In this document: positions 50,265-58,896 of the stretch, piece by piece
Layout of the letters: each line of letters starts with the position of its first letter
Numbering within the stretch: the first letter of the stretch is position 1
Virus record (IMG/VR): IMGVR_UViG_3300021375_000007
Coordinates: 64,001 to 128,000 of that record
DNA: 64,000 nt
Direction: 5' to 3' (one strand)
From: a virus
The notes under the pieces: generated by a model
The model's database searches: none
What the model saw: only the letters and a program-made list of their open reading frames with translations
What the model was told of the DNA's origin: nothing
Translations under genes and position numbers: made by a program

Positions 50265-50723
50265 TTAAAGTTCCTTAACAACTTTCATCTTTTGAGCTAA
50301 CACCCAAGTTCCACCTTGAGATTCGGGTCTATTGTAAAATTCATAATCCTCCACTTCTACTTCCACCCAAACCCTACCCTTCTCAGATAGATGTGGTGCA
50401 TTTTTTTCAAGAGTACAATGCCAGCCTTTTCTTTCGGCAAATCCTTTCTTTGAGTGGAACTCTGCATCCATCCATACACCCATGGGTATTCTACTTTTTT
50501 GATTTATGAATAATGGAGATAAACTACCATCTTTCATTTTTCGTATTAACTTATATGCTTTCAGGTTCTTTGTTTTTACTTCAATCATATCAGGATTCAT
50601 ATAAATGTGCATTAATGTGTTAGCTTTATCACATTCAATGTATTCTAAGTCATGGATATACTCTGATTCTTTTAATAACTTATCCTTAAGTTCTTGACTA
50701 TTTACAATTATCTTAATACTCAT
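50265..50723 (-). CDS. Hypothetical protein, probable fusion of two small genes
   Basis: Degenerate junction repeat at 50567-50576 inside the ORF. Confidence 0.55.
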   Translation of the reverse strand: MSIKIIVNSQELKDKLLKESEYIHDLEYIECDKANTLMHIYMNPDMIEVKTKNLKAYKLIRKMKDGSLSPLFINQKSRIPMGVWMDAEFHSKKGFAERKGWHCTLEKNAPHLSEKGRVWVEVEVEDYEFYNRPESQGGTWVLAQKMKVVKEL

Positions 50724-50735
50724 CTTTGTTTTGGT

Positions 50736-50963
50736 TTAATTTATTAATTCATCTACATTAATACTATGCACATCTAACAAATCACCCAATGCTTTTCTGT
50801 ATGTTTCTAAGTTAAAATCAGTTTCATCATGTTTCCATTCCTTCCAAAAATTATGTTGTAGTTCCCAGATAAACATGGCCATGTCTGATGACTTAAGAGC
50901 TCTTCGCATTGCCATTTCTTCATCTCTGTTTGCTAAATCGTATTCTAATATTCCTTTACTCAT
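50736..50963 (-). CDS. Hypothetical protein
   Basis: Early promoter upstream; ends at junction repeat. Confidence 0.55.
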   Translation of the reverse strand: MSKGILEYDLANRDEEMAMRRALKSSDMAMFIWELQHNFWKEWKHDETDFNLETYRKALGDLLDVHSINVDELIN

Positions 50964-50990
50964 CTTTCTTATTCTTTAAAGGTTTATACT

Positions 50991-51021
50991 TAAAGATAGG
51001 GAATTAAATTCAAAGTACTAA
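50991..51021 (-). promoter_or_regulatory. Early promoter
   Basis: TAG-N19-TATCTTTA, then ACCTTTAAAGA. Confidence 0.6.
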
Positions 51022-51318
51022 ATCTTCGTCTTTTTCGTCTTTTTCTTCCATATAGCGATGCATCCTATCATCCCACATCGGGTCAAGTATTACCCAAAAA
51101 AAGCCAATTGCCCCAGCTGGCGCTGGAACCAACATCACGACCCAATATGCAATTACTTGAAGTGGATATGCCATCTCTATATTGCATGGAGGTATGCCAT
51201 TCTCGATTTGCCAGGCTCGGGTAGTAGCGGCTACCATATACGTCATTATGAATACGGCAGTTGAGAATATTGCAAATGGTAACCAGATTTTTACTCTTAT
51301 CCAATCGATCTTTTTCAT
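51010..51318 (-). CDS. Membrane protein
   Basis: Two hydrophobic segments. Confidence 0.5.
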   Translation of the reverse strand: MKKIDWIRVKIWLPFAIFSTAVFIMTYMVAATTRAWQIENGIPPCNIEMAYPLQVIAYWVVMLVPAPAGAIGFFWVILDPMWDDRMHRYMEEKDEKDEDLVL

Positions 51319-51330
51319 TTTCTTTTTGAT

Positions 51331-51429
51331 TTATATAAAATAAAAACATATTACTATACCTGATAGCATTCCAAACCCTAAACCTAAAACATAACCACCT
51401 AGGAATGCATTCTGTTGTTCTTTACTCAT
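51331..51429 (-). CDS. Small membrane peptide (32 aa, not in track)
   Basis: MSKEQQNAFLGGYVLGLGFGMLSGIVICFYFI; GATGAGTAA overlap with upstream stop. Confidence 0.4.
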   Translation of the reverse strand: MSKEQQNAFLGGYVLGLGFGMLSGIVICFYFI

Positions 51430-51601
51430 CTTCTAAAAATTCTTTAATGTCAGAAATTGCTATCCTTAATCCCCGTTTTACACCTTCATCATATGCATTT
51501 TCTAAAGGAGGATTTGTATTTATCTTCTCTTCCGATTCCCAAAAACTAAATCGAATATCCAGTTTTTTGTTGAGGTGTTTTATTAGTTTTTCTTTACTCA
51601 T
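51422..51601 (-). CDS. Hypothetical protein (start reassigned, MSKEKL)
   Basis: The track ORF's 5' part overlaps tRNA-Tyr; ATG follows junction repeat. Confidence 0.55.
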   Translation of the reverse strand: MSKEKLIKHLNKKLDIRFSFWESEEKINTNPPLENAYDEGVKRGLRIAISDIKEFLEDE

Positions 51602-51612
51602 CTTCTTTGTTT

Positions 51613-51698
51613 TGGTTGGGGAGGAGGGATTCGAACCCCCATGCCTCGCGAGGAACAGATTTACAGTCTGTCGAGCCAGCCAATTGCTCAACTCCCCA
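51613..51698 (-). tRNA. tRNA-Tyr (GUA)
   Basis: TGGGGAG/CTCCCCA acceptor, ACAGA-CTGTAAA-TCTGT, long variable arm, TTCGAAT loop, encoded CCA. Confidence 0.93.
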
Positions 51699-51859
51699 AT
51701 ATATTACTTACACTTGATTGTTAATGGATTTGCCGACCATATGGTACCATCGTCTTCTCTCAGGCATTCGATCATCGACCAAGCAAACCAATAAGGTATG
51801 CTAATGGGAAATAATACAATCGAACCTAATACTACTATTGCCATCTTAATCATCATACA

Positions 51860-51890
51860 TAAATATAAGGAATTAGATCCACGATACCAA
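51860..51890 (-). promoter_or_regulatory. Early promoter upstream of tRNA-Tyr and array
   Basis: TTG GTATCGTG..(N20) TATATTTA. Confidence 0.6.
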
Positions 51891-52004
51891 ATAATATTCA
51901 GGATATTATAAAATTTGTTTTAGGGGGAGCGGGCAAGTACGTTGTGTACGTTGTGAACCACTTGCGTGGTTGTTTAACTAAATTATATTGTGACTATCCA
52001 TACG

Positions 52005-52244
52005 CTATAACGTGCTCCAATCGCGTAAATCAGAAAGTACCTTCCATTTTCCATTACCTATAAGTTCATTAACGTGTTTTACTTGGTATGGTACTGCTCG
52101 ATAATGAGGACGATTTCGCCGATCGGCCCATGTTACCATTATAGTATCTGGTTCTTTGCCTTTATAATCCTCTATTGTATATACAATATCCGAGGCGCCT
52201 TCGTCACGGGTAAATTTAATTCCTATTAATTTGTCTTTTTCCAT
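52005..52244 (-). CDS. Hypothetical protein
   Basis: Promoter-like sequence upstream. Confidence 0.45.
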   Translation of the reverse strand: MEKDKLIGIKFTRDEGASDIVYTIEDYKGKEPDTIMVTWADRRNRPHYRAVPYQVKHVNELIGNGKWKVLSDLRDWSTL

Positions 52245-52272
52245 ATATCTTAAGATAAGGAATTAAACGCAA

Positions 52273-52716
52273 TTAAACAAATTCAAGGGCGCGAAATACA
52301 CGCGGCGGTAAATGCTGCTGCAGCCAGTCCCGATAATACTCGGTAGCCGCTATTTCCATTGTAGCCGAACCCGAAAGCCGATCTTGTATATCCCGGATAT
52401 CTCCGGAAGTGGTGATCCATTCTTGTTCATCGCTATAATCTTCTCCCGGTGCACCATGAAACGTGAATGGCCGGAGTGGGGGGAGACTATCCGAATCGAA
52501 AGCTAAGCGTACGCCTATTTCCTGGTCGCTGTCCGGATGCTCCTGGAATGCCCATAACTCTGGATCGCTGGTAAAAGATATCTGATTGAAAGAGGGATGC
52601 GCCTTAAGGCGATCCGATTTCCATATCTTGGCAAATGATTCTGGTGTCGTGAAATGATATACTACCGCGGGTGGCGTGGTCCGGGATTCCGTGAGTAAGT
52701 CGATTAGCTTTATCAT
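52273..52716 (-). CDS. Putative ADP-ribosyltransferase-fold protein with head-targeting leader
   Basis: YHFT...ISFT...EQEW motifs; MIKLIDLLTES leader. Confidence 0.5.
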   Translation of the reverse strand: MIKLIDLLTESRTTPPAVVYHFTTPESFAKIWKSDRLKAHPSFNQISFTSDPELWAFQEHPDSDQEIGVRLAFDSDSLPPLRPFTFHGAPGEDYSDEQEWITTSGDIRDIQDRLSGSATMEIAATEYYRDWLQQHLPPRVFRALEFV

Positions 52717-53144
52717 TATTTAATAATAACCGAGGCTATCAATGAATCGGCACTGTATACAGTGTCACCCTGCCGCAGGCTGGTTTTGATTTTGGGCTTG
52801 TTAAGAGTATGGGTGAATCGGAAAGAGGTTTTGTTTTCCTGGTTAAATTCATCAATTGCTTGTTGGAGTAGTTTTAATTTCTTCGCGACAACCTGCTGAT
52901 CATTCTTAAGGTCCTTTTCAACTTCTGCTCTGGAGTGTTTACCATGACCGCCTTCGTCGTTTATATTCGCTTTGAAAACTCCATTGTTGATAAAGCTATT
53001 ATTGAATATCCAATAGTAGCCTTTTGGTTCATTGGTTAAAGTGGTCCTTGAGAACTTTACCAAATCCGACTGGGTGGAGCTATCTTCTCGCAACACGCGG
53101 AAGACTTCTTCTTTAATTATTTTTTCGAGCTCTGATCGTTTCAT
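52716..53144 (-). CDS. Putative head-packaged protein
   Basis: MKRSELEKIIKEEVFRVLRE leader. Confidence 0.5.
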   Translation of the reverse strand: MKRSELEKIIKEEVFRVLREDSSTQSDLVKFSRTTLTNEPKGYYWIFNNSFINNGVFKANINDEGGHGKHSRAEVEKDLKNDQQVVAKKLKLLQQAIDEFNQENKTSFRFTHTLNKPKIKTSLRQGDTVYSADSLIASVIIK

Positions 53145-53160
53145 GTTATTCCGTTATCAT

Positions 53161-53418
53161 TTATTCTGGTCGAATCGATGGGGATTGATATCTACCCCGA
53201 TCGCCGTCTAGTTCATCTAGCATCAATTCAACAAATTCATCTAGCCCATCCCAATCCTGTAACCATTGGTGCAATTCTTCGATTACATATTTGCCATGCT
53301 TTGGGTCAGCTAGTAACTGCTTTAAGAGCTCGGTGTTCTCTCGCGCGCTTCGGTAATCTTCACGTATTGCACTTTTACCACCGATTCGCAGGAAAGTTTC
53401 TAATAATGGTCGTTTCAT
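53161..53418 (-). CDS. Putative head-packaged protein (start reassigned, MKRPLLE)
   Basis: LLE/IRE motifs; late-like ATATATATAA upstream. Confidence 0.45.
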   Translation of the reverse strand: MKRPLLETFLRIGGKSAIREDYRSARENTELLKQLLADPKHGKYVIEELHQWLQDWDGLDEFVELMLDELDGDRGRYQSPSIRPE

Positions 53419-53537
53419 GGATATGCCTTTATTATATATATTGCTCTTTTTAAAAGAGGGTGGCCTATTAGGCCAAATACATAAACCGGGGTCTATAGGT
53501 AGAAAATATATGTGCGCGATGTGTCTAGGTATAAGCA

Positions 53538-53655
53538 CCCCCTAAAACCATATCCCCCTGGTATGTTAACGAAAACCCCCTATTCCCCCCCTATTTCCCC
53601 GGGTATGCCGAAGTATACCCCTATTCCCCCTGGTTTGCCGGGTTTACCTGGTATT
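53538..53655. repeat. C-tract/G-tract low-complexity repeat
   Basis: ccccctattcccccccta, cccctattccccc and cctggt repeats in a non-coding stretch. Confidence 0.7.
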
Positions 53656-53990
53656 TGCTATATAATGCATTGCTCGGGCTATATATGGGATTCGCGTTCG
53701 TATATAGTATATGCTCTACCATTGTCTTCTTTTTATTATAGCTACCGATACGATTGTTGTGTATATAGTGTGAGAAAGCCGAACCCCTACTTGCTGTTCA
53801 GGATTCGGCTTATCACGGATGGCCTGGCCTACCAGGCTTGAAGTTGGAGATTCTTTATTTAATTGTTGTCATAGTGTATCGATCGGCCGATCATTTGTTT
53901 AGTTGATAATAATTGTAACGGTTCTCTATTATATACAAAGGCCGAGTGCAAACCAACACCCGACCTAAGACTCCCATCCAATTAATTATC

Positions 53991-54203
53991 TTAGAATTGA
54001 TGCTTAGCAATTAAGCTAGATAACTGCGCCTTCTTGAAGTCTTGGATTACTCCACGCATCATTGCTTCTGGTAGGTCATGGAAGTTAACCCACATGCTAC
54101 CTATTAGGACCTTAAGGCGATCTGGATACGTGGTACATCTTTTAGCTTCCGGCAATTCATTGTTATCAATAAACCACTCATTGAATTCGGTTTGGTCTAG
54201 CAT
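53991..54203 (-). CDS. Hypothetical early protein
   Basis: Early promoter and leader. Confidence 0.5.
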   Translation of the reverse strand: MLDQTEFNEWFIDNNELPEAKRCTTYPDRLKVLIGSMWVNFHDLPEAMMRGVIQDFKKAQLSSLIAKHQF

Positions 54204-54228
54204 TATTTCTTTCTTTAAAGGTTCATTC

Positions 54229-54259
54229 TAAATATAAGGATTACGCTAACACGATCCTA
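54229..54259 (-). promoter_or_regulatory. Early promoter
   Basis: TAG GATCGTGT..(N20) TATATTTA. Confidence 0.7.
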
Positions 54260-54268
54260 AATCTTTCA

Positions 54269-54484
54269 TCAGACGGTAGGTAGTAACAGATCTATAGCAT
54301 TGCCGATATACATGCTTCTGAGTGCTGGTTTAGTTTTCGTGAGCGGAAGCACTTTATCCATTCTGTGATTAGACAGTGCCGCAGCCGTTTTCGAATTCGG
54401 CTTATTATTGAAATTTGATTCCAACACTTTCAGCTTACTATTCCAAGCAGCTATATCCTTTTGATTTTGTTCAATGGTTGTCAT
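54269..54484 (-). CDS. Hypothetical protein
   Basis: Packing. Confidence 0.45.
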   Translation of the reverse strand: MTTIEQNQKDIAAWNSKLKVLESNFNNKPNSKTAAALSNHRMDKVLPLTKTKPALRSMYIGNAIDLLLPTV

Positions 54485-54514
54485 GATGATTATCCTAATT
54501 TTTATTTAAGGTTA

Positions 54515-54913
54515 TTAATCAAATACAAAATTCAATACGGTCTCACCTGCCTTATATAGGTCTGGATGAATACCCATTCTCTCACACGCCTCAACCTCCA
54601 ATCGCGAACCTAAGATATAATCCTTACGTCTCTGGATCATGCGAACAAACATCCAAACGTCAAAGTACTTCTGGCTCAGGTTCTCTTCGAAGCTATATGT
54701 CTTACCAGTTGCAACCTTATACTCATAACGCAAGGCTGGTACCTCTCTATCCGCATGGTCCAATCCTGTCACAATGCTCAGGACCTGGTTCTCCTCATCT
54801 ATCAACCCAGCCTCATTCAGCACTGCATATGCAGCATGGAACATCTGGTTGGCGAATGGTCGGCGCGCTCCGTAACGTGGATGCGGTTTAGAATACTTTT
54901 TGGCTCTCTTCAT
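54515..54913 (-). CDS. Hypothetical early protein
   Basis: Early promoter and leader. Confidence 0.55.
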   Translation of the reverse strand: MKRAKKYSKPHPRYGARRPFANQMFHAAYAVLNEAGLIDEENQVLSIVTGLDHADREVPALRYEYKVATGKTYSFEENLSQKYFDVWMFVRMIQRRKDYILGSRLEVEACERMGIHPDLYKAGETVLNFVFD

Positions 54914-54938
54914 TATCTCTTTCTTTAAAGGTTCATTC

Positions 54939-54969
54939 TAAATATAAGGATAATATCCACGCGATCCTA
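54939..54969 (-). promoter_or_regulatory. Early promoter
   Basis: TAG GATCGCGT..(N20) TATATTTA. Confidence 0.7.
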
Positions 54970-55241
54970 ATAAAATGTTACGCGCAATACCTACTGCAGC
55001 GAATCATACGTAACGATATCGGCGCATGGTGGGTCTATATAAAAAGAATTTGGAAGGACGCGATATATATCTAACCACTCTCCCACAATATTCTTTAACG
55101 AGATCATCTCCGGATATACTCTTGTGTCTGGTAATCCTTATAACCCTGCAAATAAAACTCTTAAGGCCTCTATACGATTCGTATACCACTGAACTCCATA
55201 CTACTAAATACATATACCATTCTGGTTACCCTGTTCGTATA

Positions 55242-55439
55242 TCAACGCAATACACGCTCTATGGCATATATCACTATCCCTAGGGGCCAAAAGCATAATG
55301 CAGCCACTATTTGCAATGGGTTCCAATACATAGGGGGATTGGATAAATGCTGTCTTATATATATCCATATTAATCCTGCTATGCTATATGCTATTATTAT
55401 TGCTATTGCTATGCTTATGCTATAGAACATGCTTATCAT
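55242..55439 (-). CDS. Small membrane protein
   Basis: Two hydrophobic segments. Confidence 0.4.
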   Translation of the reverse strand: MISMFYSISIAIAIIIAYSIAGLIWIYIRQHLSNPPMYWNPLQIVAALCFWPLGIVIYAIERVLR

Positions 55440-55916
55440 CTGCTTTCTTCTTTTTCTTTTAGCTACCGATACTGGTTAAGGCCTATAGGCTGAGCAAAGT
55501 GCATACCTGCAAGCAATTGAGCCTCTGGCAGAAGTCTGGCTTAGGCACGTGCCATTGCTTACCATACACCGTAATAGCATGTTGCTTTATATAAAGCTTC
55601 TCATGTATACCTAATTCTGAACGCTCTGGTAATAGTTTTGTCATACCTATATTATTGCTCTTCGCGATTATTTCTTAATGTGATTATGCACCAACCTATC
55701 CAATACATTATCCATATGATGCTTACTATCAATGCTATATCTTCGATCATGCTTCTTTTTCTTTTTGCTTCCGTAACCGATCCACATCCTCTTGCAATTC
55801 CACTTCATCTTCCTTCCGCATTGCACATGACACGCAACACATTGAAGATTGCACTTGACCTGAGAATAGCACTGTGATTGTGCTCAATAGGGTCATCATT
55901 ATCATTCTTGCTCTTT

Positions 55917-56141
55917 TCATTCTTCGATCCGTTTAGTTTCAACCTTTGCTGTTTCACAATAATCTAATTCCCATTGGTCTCTGTGACTTGGGAGTATGCT
56001 TTCCGTTCGCTTATATCCTTTGCCCTCGAGGTATTGTTCTGCTCGGTCTCGTGACGTGAAGTATAAGGTCTCCTTTGTGTCTGACCACTTACCATTATAA
56101 CTCTCTAATCGAACCATGGCTATCTCTTTCATGATTCCCAA
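55917..56141 (-). CDS. Hypothetical protein
   Basis: Packing. Confidence 0.45.
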   Translation of the reverse strand: MGIMKEIAMVRLESYNGKWSDTKETLYFTSRDRAEQYLEGKGYKRTESILPSHRDQWELDYCETAKVETKRIEE

Positions 56142-56452
56142 TGATTGTTAGCAGTGGTTTCTTCTTGTAAGCCGACGACCTCGTCTAGAGGGAGTTGGCG
56201 TATGTAATCGTCCACGGCGTACGCCACCGTACTCATTATCGACTCCCCTTCGCTGAATGACTTATACGTCATGCAAAGTGCTACTTTTGTATGCTGGATC
56301 AACACTCCTCTATTGGTCATCTCCCATACAGTGTTACGTTCTCTTGTTAATTTCTTTAACGCTTGCATGATGATACCCCACGATGGGTATAATGGATATT
56401 CTACTTCACCTGTATAGTCATACAATGCATCTGGTTTATTTTCTTCTTTCAT
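56129..56452 (-). CDS. Hypothetical protein
   Basis: Packing. Confidence 0.45.
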   Translation of the reverse strand: MKEENKPDALYDYTGEVEYPLYPSWGIIMQALKKLTRERNTVWEMTNRGVLIQHTKVALCMTYKSFSEGESIMSTVAYAVDDYIRQLPLDEVVGLQEETTANNHWES

Positions 56453-56732
56453 TTTGTATTTTGATTTTAGATAATAGGTCTATTGATAATTCATATTCAG
56501 CAAATGTTTCATCCTCTTCTTGCTCTGGATATACTATATGCAATAACTCATGCACTATACTATGTTCACATAATTCAATATCGTGATAGATAGTTGCTTC
56601 TTTTTCTTTGAAGTCCCGTTCAATGGCTATGAAATAATCCTCACCATTGTAATCAATTTGATCAATATGGACTCCGGAGGTCTTGATATTCCAACTCCGG
56701 AGTCCTAATATGCCTTGCCATTTTTCTATCAT
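56436..56732 (-). CDS. Small HExxH protein
   Basis: IVHELLH. Confidence 0.55.
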   Translation of the reverse strand: MIEKWQGILGLRSWNIKTSGVHIDQIDYNGEDYFIAIERDFKEKEATIYHDIELCEHSIVHELLHIVYPEQEEDETFAEYELSIDLLSKIKIQNERRK

Positions 56733-58819
56733 CCTTTTGGAACTAGGAATTTGGCATTCATTGTATTGGCTATATCTGCTACAGATTCTACATTAACAAA
56801 TCTAGCATCAGCACCATACATAAACTTGAAAGCTGCTACTGTACTCTCACACTTGTAATCACTCTCACTTACATAATATGATAGCACATGCAAGCCGTTC
56901 TTCTTCATCATATTTACCTGGTCTCTGGTATGCTGTCTAGCTGCCTGGCCATCGTAATTGTTAGCTCCTGGCATACCATCACTTAAGTTAAGGAAGTAAC
57001 CTTCTTTACCTTTCTTCATTGCAATTAATTGATTTTGAATAGCTTCAAAACAAAGGCCTTCCGGAGTACATCCCTGAGGTCTAATTTGGGTCATCACCTT
57101 ACGGAATCTGGCAATGTTATCCTTAGTGGAATCATATGTTACCATTATGATAGGACGCTCGCCTGACGTATTTCCTATCCAATCAGAAGCTCTAACAGAT
57201 ATCACTACATCTAATCCTTCTATCATACTAGCGGCCTTTGCGATAGCGGATGCCATTGTAACGCTTTGAGACCAATTCTTACCTCTCATTGATGAACTAG
57301 CATCAATTGAAATATGAATAGCAGCATCATCGTATAGCATGGTCTCTACTTTCTGGAAGACCGTACCGGTACCAAATCCTAAGTTTGAAATACGTCTCTT
57401 ATCAATCGAACCTGATCGAAGTCTATTATACTTAAGAGATTTATCTTCATTTCTGGCCTTAAGCTTTTTACCTAATCTCTGCCCCATTATGAATCCTTTT
57501 GCAATTGATTCTAAATTATTTTTCGCACCACGACTTTCAATACCCCATTTACCAGTCATTATCATTCCAATATCCAATGCATTACTCTCTAGCATTTCAT
57601 TGGTCACTCTAGGCAATACCATTACTCTATGCTTATTAGCAGCGCCCCAATTACTTTTAGTTTCAAGATCAACAATCTTAGCATCGGCCTCTTGAGCAGC
57701 TTTAATTGCTTTAGCATCCTGCTTAGAAACCTTTTTCTTACGAGTCACACCATCCTGGAACTCCTTCTGCTTCTTAATAGCATTCTCCAACATCACCTTC
57801 TGGCGATCACTTAGTTCAGGATGATCAGAATCGGATTCAGATTCATTACCACTACCAGCATTCATCCCACCTTCATTTCCTACTTCTGCTTCAGATCCAT
57901 CGGCGGCCTCTCCATCATCATCATCTCCAACTGTTCCTTCACCATCTCCTATTCCGGCATCTTTAGTATTACCAGATCTAACCTGATCATCTCCTTCTTG
58001 GCCTTCACCATCACCATCATCTCCTCCTTGCCCTTCTCCTTCCTGACCTTGGCCACTCTCATCCTCTTTCTTTTGCTCCTTCTCTGCTACATCTAAATGG
58101 CTACGAACGATATCATATATATTAAATGCAACATCCAAAGCATCTTCGGTACTCTTAAGACGATCTATAGCACGTAGATCTAATTCTGACCAAATAGCTC
58201 TAAGGCCTTTCAAAGCATCTAAATCTCTATTCGGATTAGTTATGTTACAAATACGAAAGAAATAAGACTCCCATGTCTCGTCTCGGTATTCTGAAGACTC
58301 TAATCCTTTATTGATAATACTGGTATTGAAATACTTGGCATATAATGCATGGTAATACCCTTGGTAACCAGGAGCGGTAGATATCACCCATTTATCAATC
58401 CTGCGGTCCTCAACGATATTCAATAGGTCCTTTACAATACCGGCCTCCTTATGATCATGAACGCCATATTTGTTTTGGTATGTAAGCCTAATATTTCTAA
58501 CAAGATCAAAATTGCTCTTAACAACATGCGAACCTTCATGCAAGGCTAACCCAACTGCATGATCAAACTCCTTATCGGATAGCTTAGCACTAATAACAAC
58601 GCTCTTACCATCTGTATAAGAATCACCTGCGGTATTAAACTTAACAGGTACATTCTGCTGAGTAACAATTCTAACAAAGTTTGCAATTGAATTTCGATAT
58701 GCTGCCAATGCAACAACATCATTACTACTACGCTTCTGGCCGGTGATTACATCGACTTCATCATCGAAGAAGCTCTCACCTGCCCAAAAACTGGATTTCT
58801 GATTAACTAATTTTCTCAT
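56729..58819 (-). CDS. VWA-domain protein with N-terminal HExxH (CobT-like partner of AAA ATPase)
   Basis: ALHEGSH, NIVEDRRI, acidic linker, MIDAS IDASSSM...TPEG...LSDGMP. Confidence 0.85.
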   Translation of the reverse strand: MRKLVNQKSSFWAGESFFDDEVDVITGQKRSSNDVVALAAYRNSIANFVRIVTQQNVPVKFNTAGDSYTDGKSVVISAKLSDKEFDHAVGLALHEGSHVVKSNFDLVRNIRLTYQNKYGVHDHKEAGIVKDLLNIVEDRRIDKWVISTAPGYQGYYHALYAKYFNTSIINKGLESSEYRDETWESYFFRICNITNPNRDLDALKGLRAIWSELDLRAIDRLKSTEDALDVAFNIYDIVRSHLDVAEKEQKKEDESGQGQEGEGQGGDDGDGEGQEGDDQVRSGNTKDAGIGDGEGTVGDDDDGEAADGSEAEVGNEGGMNAGSGNESESDSDHPELSDRQKVMLENAIKKQKEFQDGVTRKKKVSKQDAKAIKAAQEADAKIVDLETKSNWGAANKHRVMVLPRVTNEMLESNALDIGMIMTGKWGIESRGAKNNLESIAKGFIMGQRLGKKLKARNEDKSLKYNRLRSGSIDKRRISNLGFGTGTVFQKVETMLYDDAAIHISIDASSSMRGKNWSQSVTMASAIAKAASMIEGLDVVISVRASDWIGNTSGERPIIMVTYDSTKDNIARFRKVMTQIRPQGCTPEGLCFEAIQNQLIAMKKGKEGYFLNLSDGMPGANNYDGQAARQHTRDQVNMMKKNGLHVLSYYVSESDYKCESTVAAFKFMYGADARFVNVESVADIANTMNAKFLVPKG

Positions 58820-58843
58820 CTCTCTATCTTTAAAGGTTATATC

Positions 58844-58874
58844 TAAAGATGGCGAAAATTTCGACGCGATCCAA
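58844..58874 (-). promoter_or_regulatory. Early promoter
   Basis: TTG GATCGCGT..(N20) CATCTTTA. Confidence 0.7.
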
Positions 58875-58896
58875 CCTTTTTGGAAACTTTTTTGAA

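Larger units (their letters stand above)
48871..51615 (-). repeat. Dispersed gene-junction repeat CCAAAACAAAG (5 exact copies)
   Basis: ctttgttttgg at 48871, 50037, 50249, 50724, 51605, each 0-3 nt before an ATG; degenerate copies at about 48783-48797 and 50567-50576. Confidence 0.85.

Noticed and set aside
48871-51615. CRISPR array interpretation of the repeats
   Set aside because: The repeat is only 11-16 nt and the spacers are 200-1150 nt and encode genes; no cas genes.
51422-51691. Track ORF start at 51691
   Set aside because: It overlaps tRNA-Tyr; the likely start is 51601.
57821-58090. Low-complexity repeat in VWA gene as a tandem or DGR element
   Set aside because: It encodes the usual acidic Gly/Asp/Glu linker; no reverse transcriptase or TR/VR pair is seen.
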